Assembly: GCA_001938485.1 (NCBI GenBank)
Contig: MQRK01226410.1
Location: 1 to 64,000 of the forward strand
Direction: 5' to 3'
Origin: Girardia tigrina
Taxonomy: Eukaryota
Length of the DNA stretch: 64,000 nt
Below are positions 51,760-64,000 of the stretch, in pieces. Each line of letters starts with the position of its first letter. The first letter of the stretch is position 1. Below the pieces are notes generated by a model. The model searched no databases. It worked only from the letters and a program-made list of their open reading frames with translations, and was not told where the DNA came from. Position numbers and translations under genes: made by a program.

Positions 51760-52619
51760 GCGATAATTAACGAAATTGACTTTAACTGTATACAGACTCA
51801 ATGATATATCACCAAGACTTTAATAACCAGTTTATGTACATGATTTGATACAAAACTAAAATAGTTGATTTAACACAAAATATAAATAATAGATTAATAC
51901 TGAGTTGGCAGTGTTTCTTCGTTTGTTATATAACCATATGGATTTATATATAATTTACGAAGGCATAATTTTTTTTCTTCATACGGTTGGAAACTCTGAT
52001 AGAAAGAAAATTGTTAATTTTTAGTTAATAATGTTTACAAATAGGTAATGAATTATGATGACATTCATTATTATAACATTTTTCACGTTTAGTTTCAATA
52101 TTTACTTTAAATTGTTTTGTGAAAATTTATAATTCCTCCAAATTTGTTCTTTCAAGCCTTTTTAACAGTTATTTAGATAATTTTGAAATTCTATTTTTAA
52201 TTTTTCTTTGTACAGTATTAAACTTGTTATATAGAATATTATTAACAAACATTTTTTCAAAGTATCTCATAAAAAAGATTTGATTCGGAATCTTTAATAA
52301 CACTGCAACTACAACTATCCATCTGTTGTTTTACAAAATGACTATAATAATAAAAAGAAAAAAAGAACTAAAGAGAAAAACAGGATGAATTTGTTTTACC
52401 ATTGATTAAACAGCAAGTGGAGAAGATTAATCATTATGGTTGTAAAAAAGAATGAAATATCTAATAACAGAAACATCTAACATCATGAAGTACAATTCCA
52501 CGTTTTCTGAAAAAAAATAATATTCAATAATAACAAAGTACAAAAGGAAATTATATTAACTTCTCAACATAAGTTTTAAAAAGTTACCACCTGCAAACAC
52601 TGATTTGGTCCTATTTTAG

Positions 52620-52900
52620 AAATGTGGTCAAAATCCGTGGATTAAAATGTCAAACTAGTGATGGGGGAATCGTGATTTGGGGTATTGCTCTTCCTTGTGG
52701 TGAAATATTAATTAAAATAATGTATGACAAACAAAATTCTGCAACATATAGAGTTATTATCCAACTTTACATCTCTGCCTCTCTTAAAATTAAAACTTTG
52801 GGATGAATTCATATTCCAATTGAGCAATTGGCCTATTCATGTTTCTCATTTGATGATAAATCTTTTTCAAAGAAATAATATTGATGTTCATTAAAATAGC
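52620..52900 (+). pseudogene. Tc1-like transposase fragment
   Basis: GGIVIWG...KQNSATY remnant; highly degraded. Confidence 0.45.
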
Positions 52901-53338
52901 CGGAGTTCATTAAAATTCGGAGTCAATAATACGACTTGACTAGCAAACCAGCGGCATTCACACAGCAAATTTATTATAGCCGATTGTAATTATGTTTATT
53001 TTTGTTTCAGCGTATCGTAAAATATTTTATAATAACCGATTTTTTATTATAACCATTTTTATATGAACCAATTAAAAATACAAGCATTTCTGCACTCAGC
53101 TGCTGCTACCACGAAATAATTTTACAGTATCTGATATTTATTATATCTGGCTTTCTTATATCCGGAAGATTGTATATTAAAATCGAAATCTCCAGTTTCT
53201 TTAGATATTAATATATCCCGAAAATCGGGTTCAGCTTCCATAGATATAATAAAATAGTTGCATGAAGACTTCATCGGCCGAGAAACATATCCTCACTTTT
53301 TATATTATTCATAAAATATAAAAGTATATAAAATCTAC

Positions 53339-53518
53339 CAAATAGAGGGCCACAGAAGATCCCAAGATGTATCCAATGATGACATCGACCCACCAATTCT
53401 CTCCTTGTCCAACGAGAGTGATACCGCACAATAGAGACATGAGCACCAAAGACATGTTAACAAAAGGTATGAATAGATATTTACAGTGGTGAATTTCGCC
53501 GATTCCGTGAAGATAAAC
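53339..53518 (-). CDS. PAP2/PLPPR-like gene, exon encoding TM5-C3-TM6
   Basis: VYLHG...LLCGITLVGQGENWWVDVIIGYILGSSVALYL aligns to PAP2 C3 (SRxxxxxHxxxDVxxG); AG/GT boundaries, phase 0/0. Confidence 0.85.
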
Positions 53519-54171
53519 CTGTAACAAATGCTAGTTAAGCTTTGATCTGAAAATTTATTTCTTATTTTATGATTAAAAATACCAATTGTCTTGAAGAACA
53601 AAGAGAAGTTATTTTTTAAAATTACCCATGTAGTTTTAATTTTTTTATTATGCTTAATTTGATGCAGTGCCTCTCCCCATAGCAGAGTGTATCACCCGGT
53701 CATAAATGTTATAATGATAATCTTTCGGTTGTTAACAACTATGAATTATTATTGGATAGTCACAAAAGTATTGATCCCCTGAAATCAAACTCATAAGTAA
53801 GACGGAGTCACATACCTCAGGTAGTCTAAGTCGTTTTGTGATATTCATGGCGTCAATCGAAAGCTCACATTTACTGGTAGTAAATGTACAATAACTATTG
53901 GAATTCATTTATTCAGATTTATTTTCCAAAAACAACTGTATCAATTTTGACTAACAAGGATAAAATATTTTTTCGACCACCCTATGTACTCTTTTGCTAT
54001 AAGACTCTCTGAAATACATAAATAGTACGCATACATAAATATTTTTCATAAATAAATTAATTAAATCATTGTTGAAAATATTATTAAGGGACACGCACTT
54101 GTTTTGATGCTTTCTTACATCACAATCATCAGTAATTTTAATTTTTTAAATATAAATTAAAATAAAAGATA

Positions 54172-55346
54172 TTAGGTTGCCCTAAAGGTTCCCAGTCAAT
54201 AATGAAAATACAATTTTCTTTCAAATTTCTTTTTGGCATTATTCATTTGATATTGATAAATATCGGTTCATTATATGGACTACATGATTAAAAAGCTTGA
54301 AATCCGTGTGTTGCTGCGTCACTATTGGAAGTAAGGCTTGACAACAGATGCTGCCAAGACAATTTGCAAAATTGAAGGTACACAAACAATCGGAAAAAGT
54401 ACGGCAATTAATTGGTTCAAGCGTTTCAATAAAGGCAACTTTGACTTGAATGACAGTCCTCGTTCTGAACGACCAACAAAATTGGATAACGATGACTTAC
54501 AAACAGAGTTGGACATGAAGCCTTCGTCAAGCACTTGCGATTTTGCATTTAAGCATGGAGTTGGCAAGTCAACCATACATTGAAATTTTAAACATCTCGA
54601 CATTGTGCACAAGAAACCGCGTCCAGATCCACATGAACTCACCAAAGCACAGGCCGATAAAAGAGTTCAAATTTGCGGACAACTGCTACAGAATCCACGA
54701 TATGACCGCTTTTGGAAGCGAATTGTGACGTCGGACGAGAAGTAGGTCTACTTGGTCAACCACAACCGAGATAAGCGATGGGTCAAGCAACACCGTCAGT
54801 TCCAAAACAAGATCGATTTGGCTTGAAAATCATGTTGTGCATCTGGTGGAACTTTGAGGGAGTCATACACTTTGAGTTGGTTCAGAACGGCCAGGCCATC
54901 AATGCAAAGCTCTATTGTCAATAGCTGGACCGTGTCTACGAGAAGCTCAAGGAGAAGTACCCTGCCTTAATCAACCAAAAACGTGCACTGCTTCAGTAAG
55001 ACAATGCCAATCCACATACCGCCAAGAAGACCACGGGAAGGTTCCAAGAGTTGGATGGAGTCGAAATCCTGCCGCATCCTGCTTACGCCCTGATTACGCT
55101 CCATCCGACTATGGCCTCTTCCGATCCATGCAACACTTCTCGAAAGGCCGTCGATTCGAAGCATTCCATGAGGTTGAACAAACATCTCAAGAGTTCTTCG
55201 ATTCGAAGCAGCTGGAATGGTACTTTGAGCAGATCCGAAAGCTTGCAGACCTTTGGCAGAAAGTAGTCAAAAACGTTGGACTGTACTTTTCTTGTGCAAA
55301 AAATTGTATTTTTCATTCTTGACCGGGAACTTTTAGGACAACCTAA
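54172..55346 (+). mobile_element. Full-length decayed mariner
   Basis: TIRs ttaggttgcctaaaggttcccagtcaataatgaaa / tttcattcttgaccgggaacttttaggacaacctaa with TA flanks; VTSDEK, DNANPH, DYAPSDYGLF. Confidence 0.9.
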
Positions 55347-55841
55347 TAAAAAGGATAATATGATATTCAAAAATTTTTCTGTAATAAAAATTTTTAAGTA
55401 TTAAGGTGGCCTTACCATACCAATTTAGAATGGTAAATAATGAATATTGTAGTGTCTTGAAATTTACTAAAATATCACTCGAAATGTGAATTGAAACTTT
55501 TATTGAACAGGAAACTCATCTGTTTAAATGGATGATGTTTTATTCTCGCAATGTATTCAGAAATAAAGAACCTCTCTCCAACAACTCGATTGTGAATAGT
55601 TATTAATTAATATCTATAAAACTTCAAACTTCACAAAAATGACTTTTTCTTTGAAAAGGACTGAGTATTCAATTGTATATTAAAGACTTTTAGGATTGAA
55701 GCGGTGTTAAGTTATCGATTTTGAGTATTAATTCATTTAGTTCTTTAGTTAGAAATTGTTTTACCATTATTATCAAATAAAATCTTAATTATTTTTATTT
55801 TGAAATTATTTCCTTTTTTCCATTCTTTTTATTAACTTACT

Positions 55842-55842
<1 letters not shown>

Positions 55843-55889
<47 letters not shown>

Positions 55890-56243
55890 ATTAATGGAAT
55901 TTAGAAACCTGTTTTTGAAGGTTTTTTACTCAATCGATTTTCTTCAAACTTTGTACACTTACTCAATTTTGATGACAATAAATGATTATGTACAAATTTG
56001 ATCGAAAAAAACTTTTTAGGATCCCAAAATGGAGAAAAAACGGAAAATTCGGAGTTCCAGAACAATATTAATTGCAAGATATCTATTTATAAATTATAAT
56101 TAGTTTATATTAATTTTTAATGTGATTTTTAAATTAAAATGTTTTAAATCTTAAATTTTTAAATTTTAAAAACTTTGTTGGCAAAGTACAGTTTTGTCTG
56201 GAAAAAGAATGGATATAAAAATTTTAATTTTGTGAGTTACTAG
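55843..56243 (+). mobile_element. Non-autonomous Helitron-like element
   Basis: 5' TC followed by (TA)n, core cgattttcttcaaactttg, 3' CTAG; second partial copy at 2796-3021. Confidence 0.6.
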
Positions 56244-56791
56244 TTACTATTCAATTAATTTCTATAAAATTAAAATGATCGATGATGATGATGATCGAAA
56301 ACTCATCGCTGCATGAATTTCCTGTGATCATATTATCAAATAAGATTTAATAAACATATTTATGATTATATTTCCTTCATGCTTAACCAAAATTAACAAT
56401 ATTTTGAGTATTCCTTAGTGTATTTCTTTCTAATTTTGGTGACTACCTTAACGAATAGCTTGCTTTAGGAATATTATCAAGAGATCAACGATCATTTGAT
56501 GGAATTTAGTCTTGCATGTTCGCACTGTTCTCCGTTGTTTTCCTATCGTCAATGTGAGGAATATTTTAAATTTAGTATGTTGAAATTGGTATGTTGAATT
56601 TTGGTTGTTGAGTTTAGTATTTGAAAATGTTTTTCTCCAACCCAGATGGAAAATTGTATTTTGGATGTTCGCGATGAATAGTTATTTGAGCATAGTTTGC
56701 ATTTTAAATTACAGCATAAGATATTTAAAAACTTTTAAAATATTAAATCGTTTCAAATTTTAATATCAAAAATTTAAATAAATAATAAAAA

Positions 56792-57075
56792 CCAAGTGCG
56801 GAGATGACGGTTTGTTTCTCCAATGTACAAGGCTTGGCACTAGTAACATGTAAATTGGTAAATTAGGTTGGCCTTAATTCCTAATGGAGTTTCGGATTTG
56901 TTCGTAAAATATCTGGAAGCTTTGTTTGTTGTGAAAATAATTCTTGCTTTAAATCCACGAGGGATGTTCTTTAATAATACTTTTTAAATTCCTAAGACCC
57001 CTCTAAGTACTGAAGTTTCAAAGTTAACGGGACCAGCTCGGAGATTTCTGAGTTTCTTTCATTGTTGCGGATATT
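56792..57075 (-). pseudogene. Penelope-like GIY-YIG endonuclease remnant
   Basis: IFTTNKASRYFTNKSETPLGIKANLIYQFTCY*CQALYIGETNRHLRT. Confidence 0.85.
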
Positions 57076-57107
57076 ATCTCTCGATTTCAAATAAATTGAA
57101 TTAATGG

Positions 57108-60100
57108 TCTTAGGAATTAAAAATGCTATCAAAATATATAAATATATAAATATATAAAATATAAAATGCTATTTTTGAAAGAATGTTATATTAAATATGT
57201 ACATTAAATATATGTACATTTATATAATTAAATATGTAACGTTTGAAAAAATAAAATTACTAAAATTAAGAAGATCAATTAAATTGCTAATAATAAAAAT
57301 TTTTTGAGTTTTTAATATAATATAAAAAGTAAAATGTATAATTTTTATGTGGAACGACTTTAATAAAAATTAATAAAATTAAAGAAACGATTAAATATTT
57401 TAAAATGTTATTGTAATTTAAAATTGATTTATAAAAGTAATGAAAAAATCCAATATTTATAAGTATTTGTATTTATATCGGTTTAAGATTTATAAAAAAA
57501 TTTTTTCTCAAAAAAAGTAATAAGTTAGTTTAAATATTAGATTTAAACATTTTTGTGTGGTATAATAAAAGTTTTGATGTCAGAAATATTTCAGAGTAAT
57601 AATTCCGACGATGTCCCTAAAACCTCTAATATGACGGCCTTTGCCACAAACTCCAAACTTTGCCAATTAATCTCCAGATTGATTCTGGAGCATTTTAAAC
57701 GGGATGACAATGTCGAAGTATTTATTACGATATGTAATATATATTTAAAAGCAGCAGGAGTACCCGATAATTTAAGAGACATTGGTGGTGACTTTGCTTT
57801 CGCGGTAGTTAATCCCGGTATACGAAAACACGAGATCTTCAGAAAGAGGTTTTGAGAACAGGTTACGAGAAGCGTTTCAAAAAAAGATCCCAAATGGATG
57901 TTCTAAGAGAAGCCGTAGAATTTCAAAGAACAACGGAGACGACAGCAGAATGTTTTGCTAAAGCAAGGAAGATGGCTGAAGCGATTGTATCCTTCCAATC
58001 GACAGTCGAAGAATTGTAATAACGATAACGAAACAAAGAAAGAAATACAAATGAGGGATATCCAAGAAAAAGAAAAAGATAAAGAATTTGAGAAGTTTTC
58101 TGGGAATATGTAACTACTATAGGCGATTCATAAATGGGTACTCCAAAAAGGCCAAGGCGTTAGAAGGGTTATGCGGATCGAATAAAGATAAATTAATATG
58201 GACGGACTCATGTGAACTAGCTTTTAACGATATGAAGAAATCCCTCATAACAGCCCCAATTTTAGCATTCCCGGACTTCAATAAAGAGTTTATTTTAGAT
58301 ATGGATGCCAGTTTTTGATAGTATAGGAGCAGTATTGTCACAAGTTGACGAATCGGGAAGGGAACATGTAATAGCTTATGGCTCGCATTCGATGGGATCT
58401 CATAATAAAGGATACTGTATAACTAGGAAAGAACTTTTGATCATTTATTATTTCTGTCAACATTTCAATCATTATTTATATTGGAAAAGATTTAAACTAA
58501 GGACAGATCATAAAGCCGTCACTTTTGTGTTACATACAAAAAAACCTATAACAGCCCAGTTCCAGACATGGATCAATTATCTCAGTAGTTTGGATATAGA
58601 AATCGTATACAGAAAAGGTGAATTACATGGAAATTCAGATATTCTGTCTCGAAGCAAATGTGACACATGTACCCAGTGTCAAATGCAACATGAAGACGCA
58701 AAATCAGACAGACTTAAAACGCGATTATTAGTGGTTACAACAAGAAGTCAGGTAAAAGAAGCACACAGAGAATGGATACCCAAACAGAAAAGAAATGAAT
58801 TAATCACACAGGTACACAGATTGCTATGTCATGCAGGAGCGGAAAAAGTTTACCATTATTTAAAGGATAAAATTGATATGGAAGAGGAACGCAAAACAGT
58901 GAAAGAAGTAGTTTAAACTTGTATAGAATGTCAACAAACAAAAACAGATACGTCGAAGACTAAAGAAGAGATAATCAAGATAACATCATCTGAACCGTTT
59001 GAGAAAGTATATATCGATATATGTGGCCCATGGAGAGAAACAATAATAAAAGAAAAATATATAATGGCCATGATTGATCATTTTAGCAAATATATCATTT
59101 TAACAGCCATTACACGACAAGATGAACAGACGATTATACAAACGATTTTGACAAAATGGATATTAAAATTTGGTGCTCCTAAGTAAATACATGTGGAATG
59201 TGGGAAAAGTTTTGAATCACAGAAGGTACAAGAATTAATGATAAAACAAGGTATTCAGTTAGTGTTCTCTAGTCCGTATCACCATAACACCAATGGTATT
59301 GTGGAAAGACTATTCCGAACGATACGAGAGTATATCAAAGTAAGTTTAAAAGAAAGAAAAGAGACGAGTTGGGCTGATATGCTCCCAGAGGTGGAATTCA
59401 CATTAAATGCAACACGCCAGAAAACAATTGGAAGAAGTTCGGCTGAAGTAATTTTAAATAGAAAAATAGATAGGCTTATTAAAAAAATCACAATTTGAAT
59501 GTAAACATTTATTGACAACACAAACAGATTCTTCACAACAATTCTCAGTGGTCATCTTTCTTTGATTGCTATAGTTTTTGTTTTAGTATTCAGATCTAAA
59601 AAAAACAATGAATGGGAAAGTTATTAATATTAATTTTTAATTTCTTAAATTTAATTGATGAAAAGGCATTACGTAATTTTTGAAATGAACATTAATTTTG
59701 AAAATATATTAAATTTAATAAGTTAAAGTCGTTTATTAAAAATATTATTAAAATTCATAATTATAAAAATTTAATTTATTATTAATTGAAATTAATATCA
59801 TTAGATTCAAATAATAAATCAATAAACATATCAATCCCATCTAAGTAGGAGAGTCACAAATCAAAACAGCATACAAACAACAAACTTACAACATTCCTTA
59901 CAACATCCAAATTATCCCTCACAAGGCTGAAGTGGTACAGAAATAAAATGAACACGTCAGACGAAAATATCAAGTATCCAGACGGAAAAACACGACGAAA
60001 TTTCAATATCGGAGATCAGGTGTTGGTAAAAAAAGAGATAAGAAATAAAGATGATGACAGATATGAGGGACCATACACCATCATAGACAAAATTCGTGAG

Positions 60101-60260
60101 AGGAGTTATAAACTGGAGGGTAAAGAGGAAAAGCAAATAGTAAGAAATGTCGAAAAGTTCAAAAATTTTAAAGAAAAGGGGGAATGTTACGAATTAAAAA
60201 TGCTATGAAAATTTGGTAAGGAGAATCATATATTTTTTAAAAAATTATTAAAAAATTTTT
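57108..60260 (+). mobile_element. Internally deleted Gypsy element (5' LTR 57108-57631, gag from 57631, RNase H/integrase, truncated 3' LTR from 60185) in a PLPPR intron
   Basis: LTR homology with 39199 and 62611; gag resembles that at 9454; LRSFLGICNYY, RKELL, TNGIVER; PPT gaaaagggggaa followed by tgttacgaatt. Confidence 0.9.
59477..59923 (-). mobile_element. Solo LTR inside the integrase
   Basis: Exact 5-bp TSD aggct; minus strand reads tgtgagggata...ttaata. Similar starts (tgtgaggaatatttt) at 31871 and 56553. Confidence 0.8.
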
Positions 60261-60300
60261 AATATCGAAGAATTAAAAAGAGGAAATGAAATCCCATTAC

Positions 60301-60358
60301 CATCACATAAACTGCAGCGTACATACTGATTGCCGATCTCATGGAGGGACATGATGTT
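60301..60358 (-). CDS. PAP2/PLPPR-like gene, C2 exon
   Basis: (R)TSCPSMRSAISMYAAVYVM, equivalent to RxSFPSGHS; phase 2/0. Confidence 0.85.
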
Positions 60359-60406
60359 CTATAGAATTATTAAGATAATTAGACACTGTGTCACATTATA
60401 TCTTAC

Positions 60407-60623
60407 CTTGACTTTCTAATAATATTGGGGTCCCTCTCTTGACACAGACTATAATCTGAGGATTTGTAGATTCTAGTAGACTCAGGAGATAAAGAAAAAT
60501 TGGTTGTGTTTGTTGGGAGCTTTGGACGACAAAGAGACAAAAAGTTTGGTCTGAATTCACCGATAGATATTTTGAGAACATCAATGATGACCATAAGGCA
60601 CAAAATACCAAAAAGAAAGGATA
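60407..60623 (-). CDS. PAP2/PLPPR-like gene, TM3-C1 exon
   Basis: SFLFGILCLMVIIDVLKISIGEFRPNFLSLCRP...CQERDPNIIRKS with KxxxxxxRP; GTAAGA donor. Confidence 0.9.
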
Positions 60624-60672
60624 CTAAAAGACATAATTATAATATTTTTAATTATTAATATGTAAGATTAAC

Positions 60673-60793
60673 GTGAGAATCGATAGAGACGTCGAATGGT
60701 GTGAGGAATATGGAGGGGAGAACATATTCCTGTTGGAAGAAGCTTGGCGGTCTGGTTGGCCATGCAAAACAAGACTAACTCCCCAATTATAAC
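60673..60793 (-). CDS. PAP2/PLPPR-like gene, TM2-loop exon (upstream exons not found)
   Basis: ttcag acceptor; VIIGELVLFCM...IRRLYRFS; phase 0/1; 49-nt intron to the next exon. Confidence 0.8.
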
Positions 60794-61689
60794 CTGAATT
60801 ACAATAAAAAAATCTTACTAAAACATAATTTTAGATTCTTTGCCAATAAAATATTTAATTTTGTTTACATCTTTCAAAAGTACAAATCTATAACCACTAA
60901 GATGTTCCTTCTGTACGTATGTCAATAAGAATCACCAATGTACACTATACTACATTTCCCGGGCGCCCTAAAAATTCTTTGCAGATGATAGTGGGTGATA
61001 CAATTACATTTTTTATATTATCAAGAGATCAAATGTTTGCGATTTAGTTCTCCCTGAACACCATTCAGTACGAATTTATGAATGGATATTGCGTGTCCTT
61101 CTACCTATCTATTGCTGATTCCTATTTGATGAACACACTAAATTGCAAGAAATATAAGATAAAAAAGATACCAAGGAAGACGATAAAGAATATAATGGGA
61201 TCATAGATACATTGATATAGAGTAAAAGAATAGTTTGATCATCACTAAGTTTAGCTGCTGTTTTCCTTGCGTACAAGATAGATCAAAGGAAATCTTCATT
61301 TCTTCCTGAATGAGATCCATGTACACCTTATAGTTTTTATTTAATGGGGCTCATTCAAATGAAAGGATGTTTCGATCAGTAAATCTTTTTAGAGTTCCTC
61401 AGATAAATAACACATTGTTCAGCATCACCCAAATATAATCGGACTTGTTAGACAAATTAAAGAAAAAAATCCGAGTCATGGAAACTTGTTAGACACAAAT
61501 GATCCTCACGAATCGAAGATTCTCTTCATAAAAATTATCCCGGGATTCATAATTTCATACTGATTATATGTGACCATATATTATTAAACATTCAATTAAA
61601 AAATTCAATAACATTTAACAATTAACATTCAATTTTCAAATTTTAACCCGTGCAAAAGCATGTGAACGATTCATAGAATTCATTATTTA

Positions 61690-63620
61690 CAATGAGTTAA
61701 AAAAGTATGGAAACATGAGATTATTATTTTTTATTTCGTTTATTATTTTTCTCTGAAAGTGGTATGAATCTTTCCTTGTGTGCTTTCTGGTACAGTTTTA
61801 TGTGAGCTTTCCAACGGTATAATCGGCGAAACCCTCCGAGGGGTTCATACACCTTTTTACTAAATTTAATGAAAATTTCCCCAAATTTTTAGTCAAATAA
61901 GTATGGAAACATTATTTGAAATTAAATTTGAATATTCATGGTTTTCTTTTATTGCATCAATTAATGCATACTTTTCTGCAATTTTCCACGATAATTTATA
62001 AGCAGTGTCACACATTTGTCATTTCATTTTTATTTTGAACGATTTTCCTTTACAACACAGCAGTATCATGCCTACGAGAAAGTATATTTCGAGCGATTTT
62101 CGAAAATGAAAGGTGAACCTCTTTATGAATGGTGAAATGAAGAAAATTGACATTGCAAAGGCTTTTGGAGTGCAATGCAGTACTGTTACTAAAGTAAATA
62201 AAAAGTACCAAAGCTGTGGAAGCGTTGAAGATGCCAAAAAATGTGAGCGTCCTCGCAAAACAGGTGAACGCATGGATCGAACTATTCTTAAAGAAGCCAA
62301 AAGAGCCCATTCTTAACTGCCGAAGTCATTCAAGACAGTTTGAACTTTCACCATTTGAGTAAACAAACTATTCGTAACCGTCTCAAGAGTGTTGGAACTA
62401 ATGCACTCCAAATGGCCAAAAAGCCCTATGTTTCTGTTAAGAATCGCCGGCAAAGAATGGTCTTCGCAAAAGAGCATATTGGCAGGACTACATAGCAATG
62501 GTGTACTGATGGTTTGTAATGTACAATCTGGTCTGATGAATAATAAGTATTTAAGATGTCCTGTCGGTTTTGATTAAAAATCTCAATTGCCTACGGTAAA
62601 ACATGGAGGGTATTAGAGGTTCTTGGAAGATCCTCGGAGTTACTATTAAGATTTACTTCAGACATCCAAACTTTATTATACAACAAAAATTGTTTAAATC
62701 TAATATTTAAACAAACTTATTTTTTTGAGAAACAATTTGTTTTATAAATCTTAAACCAATATAAATATAAATACTTATAAATATTCATATTTGATTTTTT
62801 ATATTAACTTTATAAATCAATTTTAAATTACGATAATATTTAAAAATATTTAATCGTTTCGTTTAATTTTATTAATTTTTAAAAATCGTTACACATAAAA
62901 ATTATACATTTTAATTTTTATATTATATTAAAAACTCTCGAAAATTTTTAATTATTAACAATTTAATTAGATCTTCATTTTAGTAATTTATGTTTTTAAA
63001 CGTTACATATTTAATTATATAAAAATTTTAATTTGTAAATATTTCATTTAACCTTCTTTCAAAAATTTCCCTAACATTTGTAATTCCTAACAAAGGGCAT
63101 AATGGATCAATCTATGTCAAGGATATCATCGATACTAAAATGTTACCTTTAGCAAAAAAATACAACGAAGTTGGGTTTTTCAACGGAATTTTGTCAAAGC
63201 CAATAAATGTTACCTAAAAACAAATGCTAAAATGTTACCTTTAGCAAAAAAATACAACGAATTTAGGTATTTCAACAGGATTTTGTCAAAGCCAATAAAA
63301 TTCATATTTTGAAGTGGCCATCGTAAAGTCAGGACTTAAATCCTATTGAGCCTATTTGGGAACACATTGATAGTCATTTGAAATGCAATAAGCCCAAAAA
63401 TATGAATGAGCTCTAAGAAAAAAATTCAAGATATTTACAGCAGCATTCCTTTGGGTGTGATTAATAAATTAGTCGACTCAATGTCTAGTAGTTGTAAAGG
63501 AGTTTCAGTTTCGAAAGGTTATGCTATAAAATATTATTAAAATTTACAATTTATATCAATTCTTGTCGAAAATTTTTGTTTTTTAAATAAATTTTCAATT
63601 TTCCACAGACTTTTGCACGG
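61690..63620 (+). mobile_element. Decayed Tc1 (DD34E) transposon
   Basis: Repeated aagtatggaaaca TIR motif; IAKAFGVQCSTV, RPRKT, WSDE, TVKHGG, WPS*SQDLNPIE. Confidence 0.85.
62611..63092 (-). mobile_element. Solo LTR inside Tc1 (family of the 57108 element)
   Basis: Homologous to 39199-39690; TSD gaggg/aaggg. Confidence 0.85.
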
Positions 63621-63710
63621 TTTGAAATTTGAAAATTGATTATTCGTCATAAAAAAATATGAAAAAAATTAAAAAAGATTTTTTTTTACCATTTAAAGCT
63701 TATAAAAATT

Positions 63711-64000
63711 GGTTCCACGTCAAAATGTCGCTGACAGAAATGTTGCGGTGATAATGTCGCAAACAAAAATATCGCGTAGTCAAAATGTCGCGAACAAAAA
63801 TATTACGGATATATAATTTTTTAAAAACTTAATAAAAATTAGTATTGTTACTTAAAATAAATTAAAAGTAATATATGAATTATAAAAACATATTATAAAA
63901 AGCAAATAATAATAAATAAAAACTGTTTGCATTCAATATTCAAAACAAAAACATATTTTATAAATCCATTTTAATTTACCAAAGAACGTTTAATGCTTCA
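63711..64000. mobile_element. Left end of a Mutator-like MITE related to 1810-2167
   Basis: ggttccacgtcaaaa terminus plus repeated caaaatgtcgc subterminal motifs. Confidence 0.6.

Noticed and set aside
61140-61250. DDQTILL... as a candidate upstream PLPPR exon
   Set aside because: Weak match; the surrounding 60880-61500 looks more like a degraded hAT remnant.

Overview
AT-rich eukaryotic (probably invertebrate animal) scaffold with N gaps, mostly made of decayed transposons. These include Ty3/Gypsy LTR elements and at least seven solo LTRs with target-site duplications (TSDs), mariner/Tc1/pogo-Tigger elements, hAT/piggyBac/Mutator MITEs and fragments, a Helitron-like repeat, Penelope RT and GIY-YIG remnants, and a Polinton-type DNA polymerase B remnant. 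Two convergent spliced host genes can be rebuilt by hand. On the + strand, a 4-exon gene (15200-31356, 893 aa as modelled) has the architecture UBA-UBX-UBX-SHP box-BC/Cul2 box-LRR, a candidate p97 adaptor fused to a Cullin-2 substrate receptor. On the - strand, a PAP2/PLPPR-like lipid pseudo-phosphatase spans 60793-44494 (5' exons not found). A probable first exon of a third gene (MGNLCS...) lies at 634-485. Notable non-coding signals are a palindromic hammerhead-ribozyme element next to (TA)n tracts, a two-copy 530-620 nt GC-rich repeat with a U1-like 5' motif and an Sm-like 3' motif, and gag start codons built from the LTR end plus the primer-binding site in three Gypsy families. All calls come from manual reading; no database searches were run.
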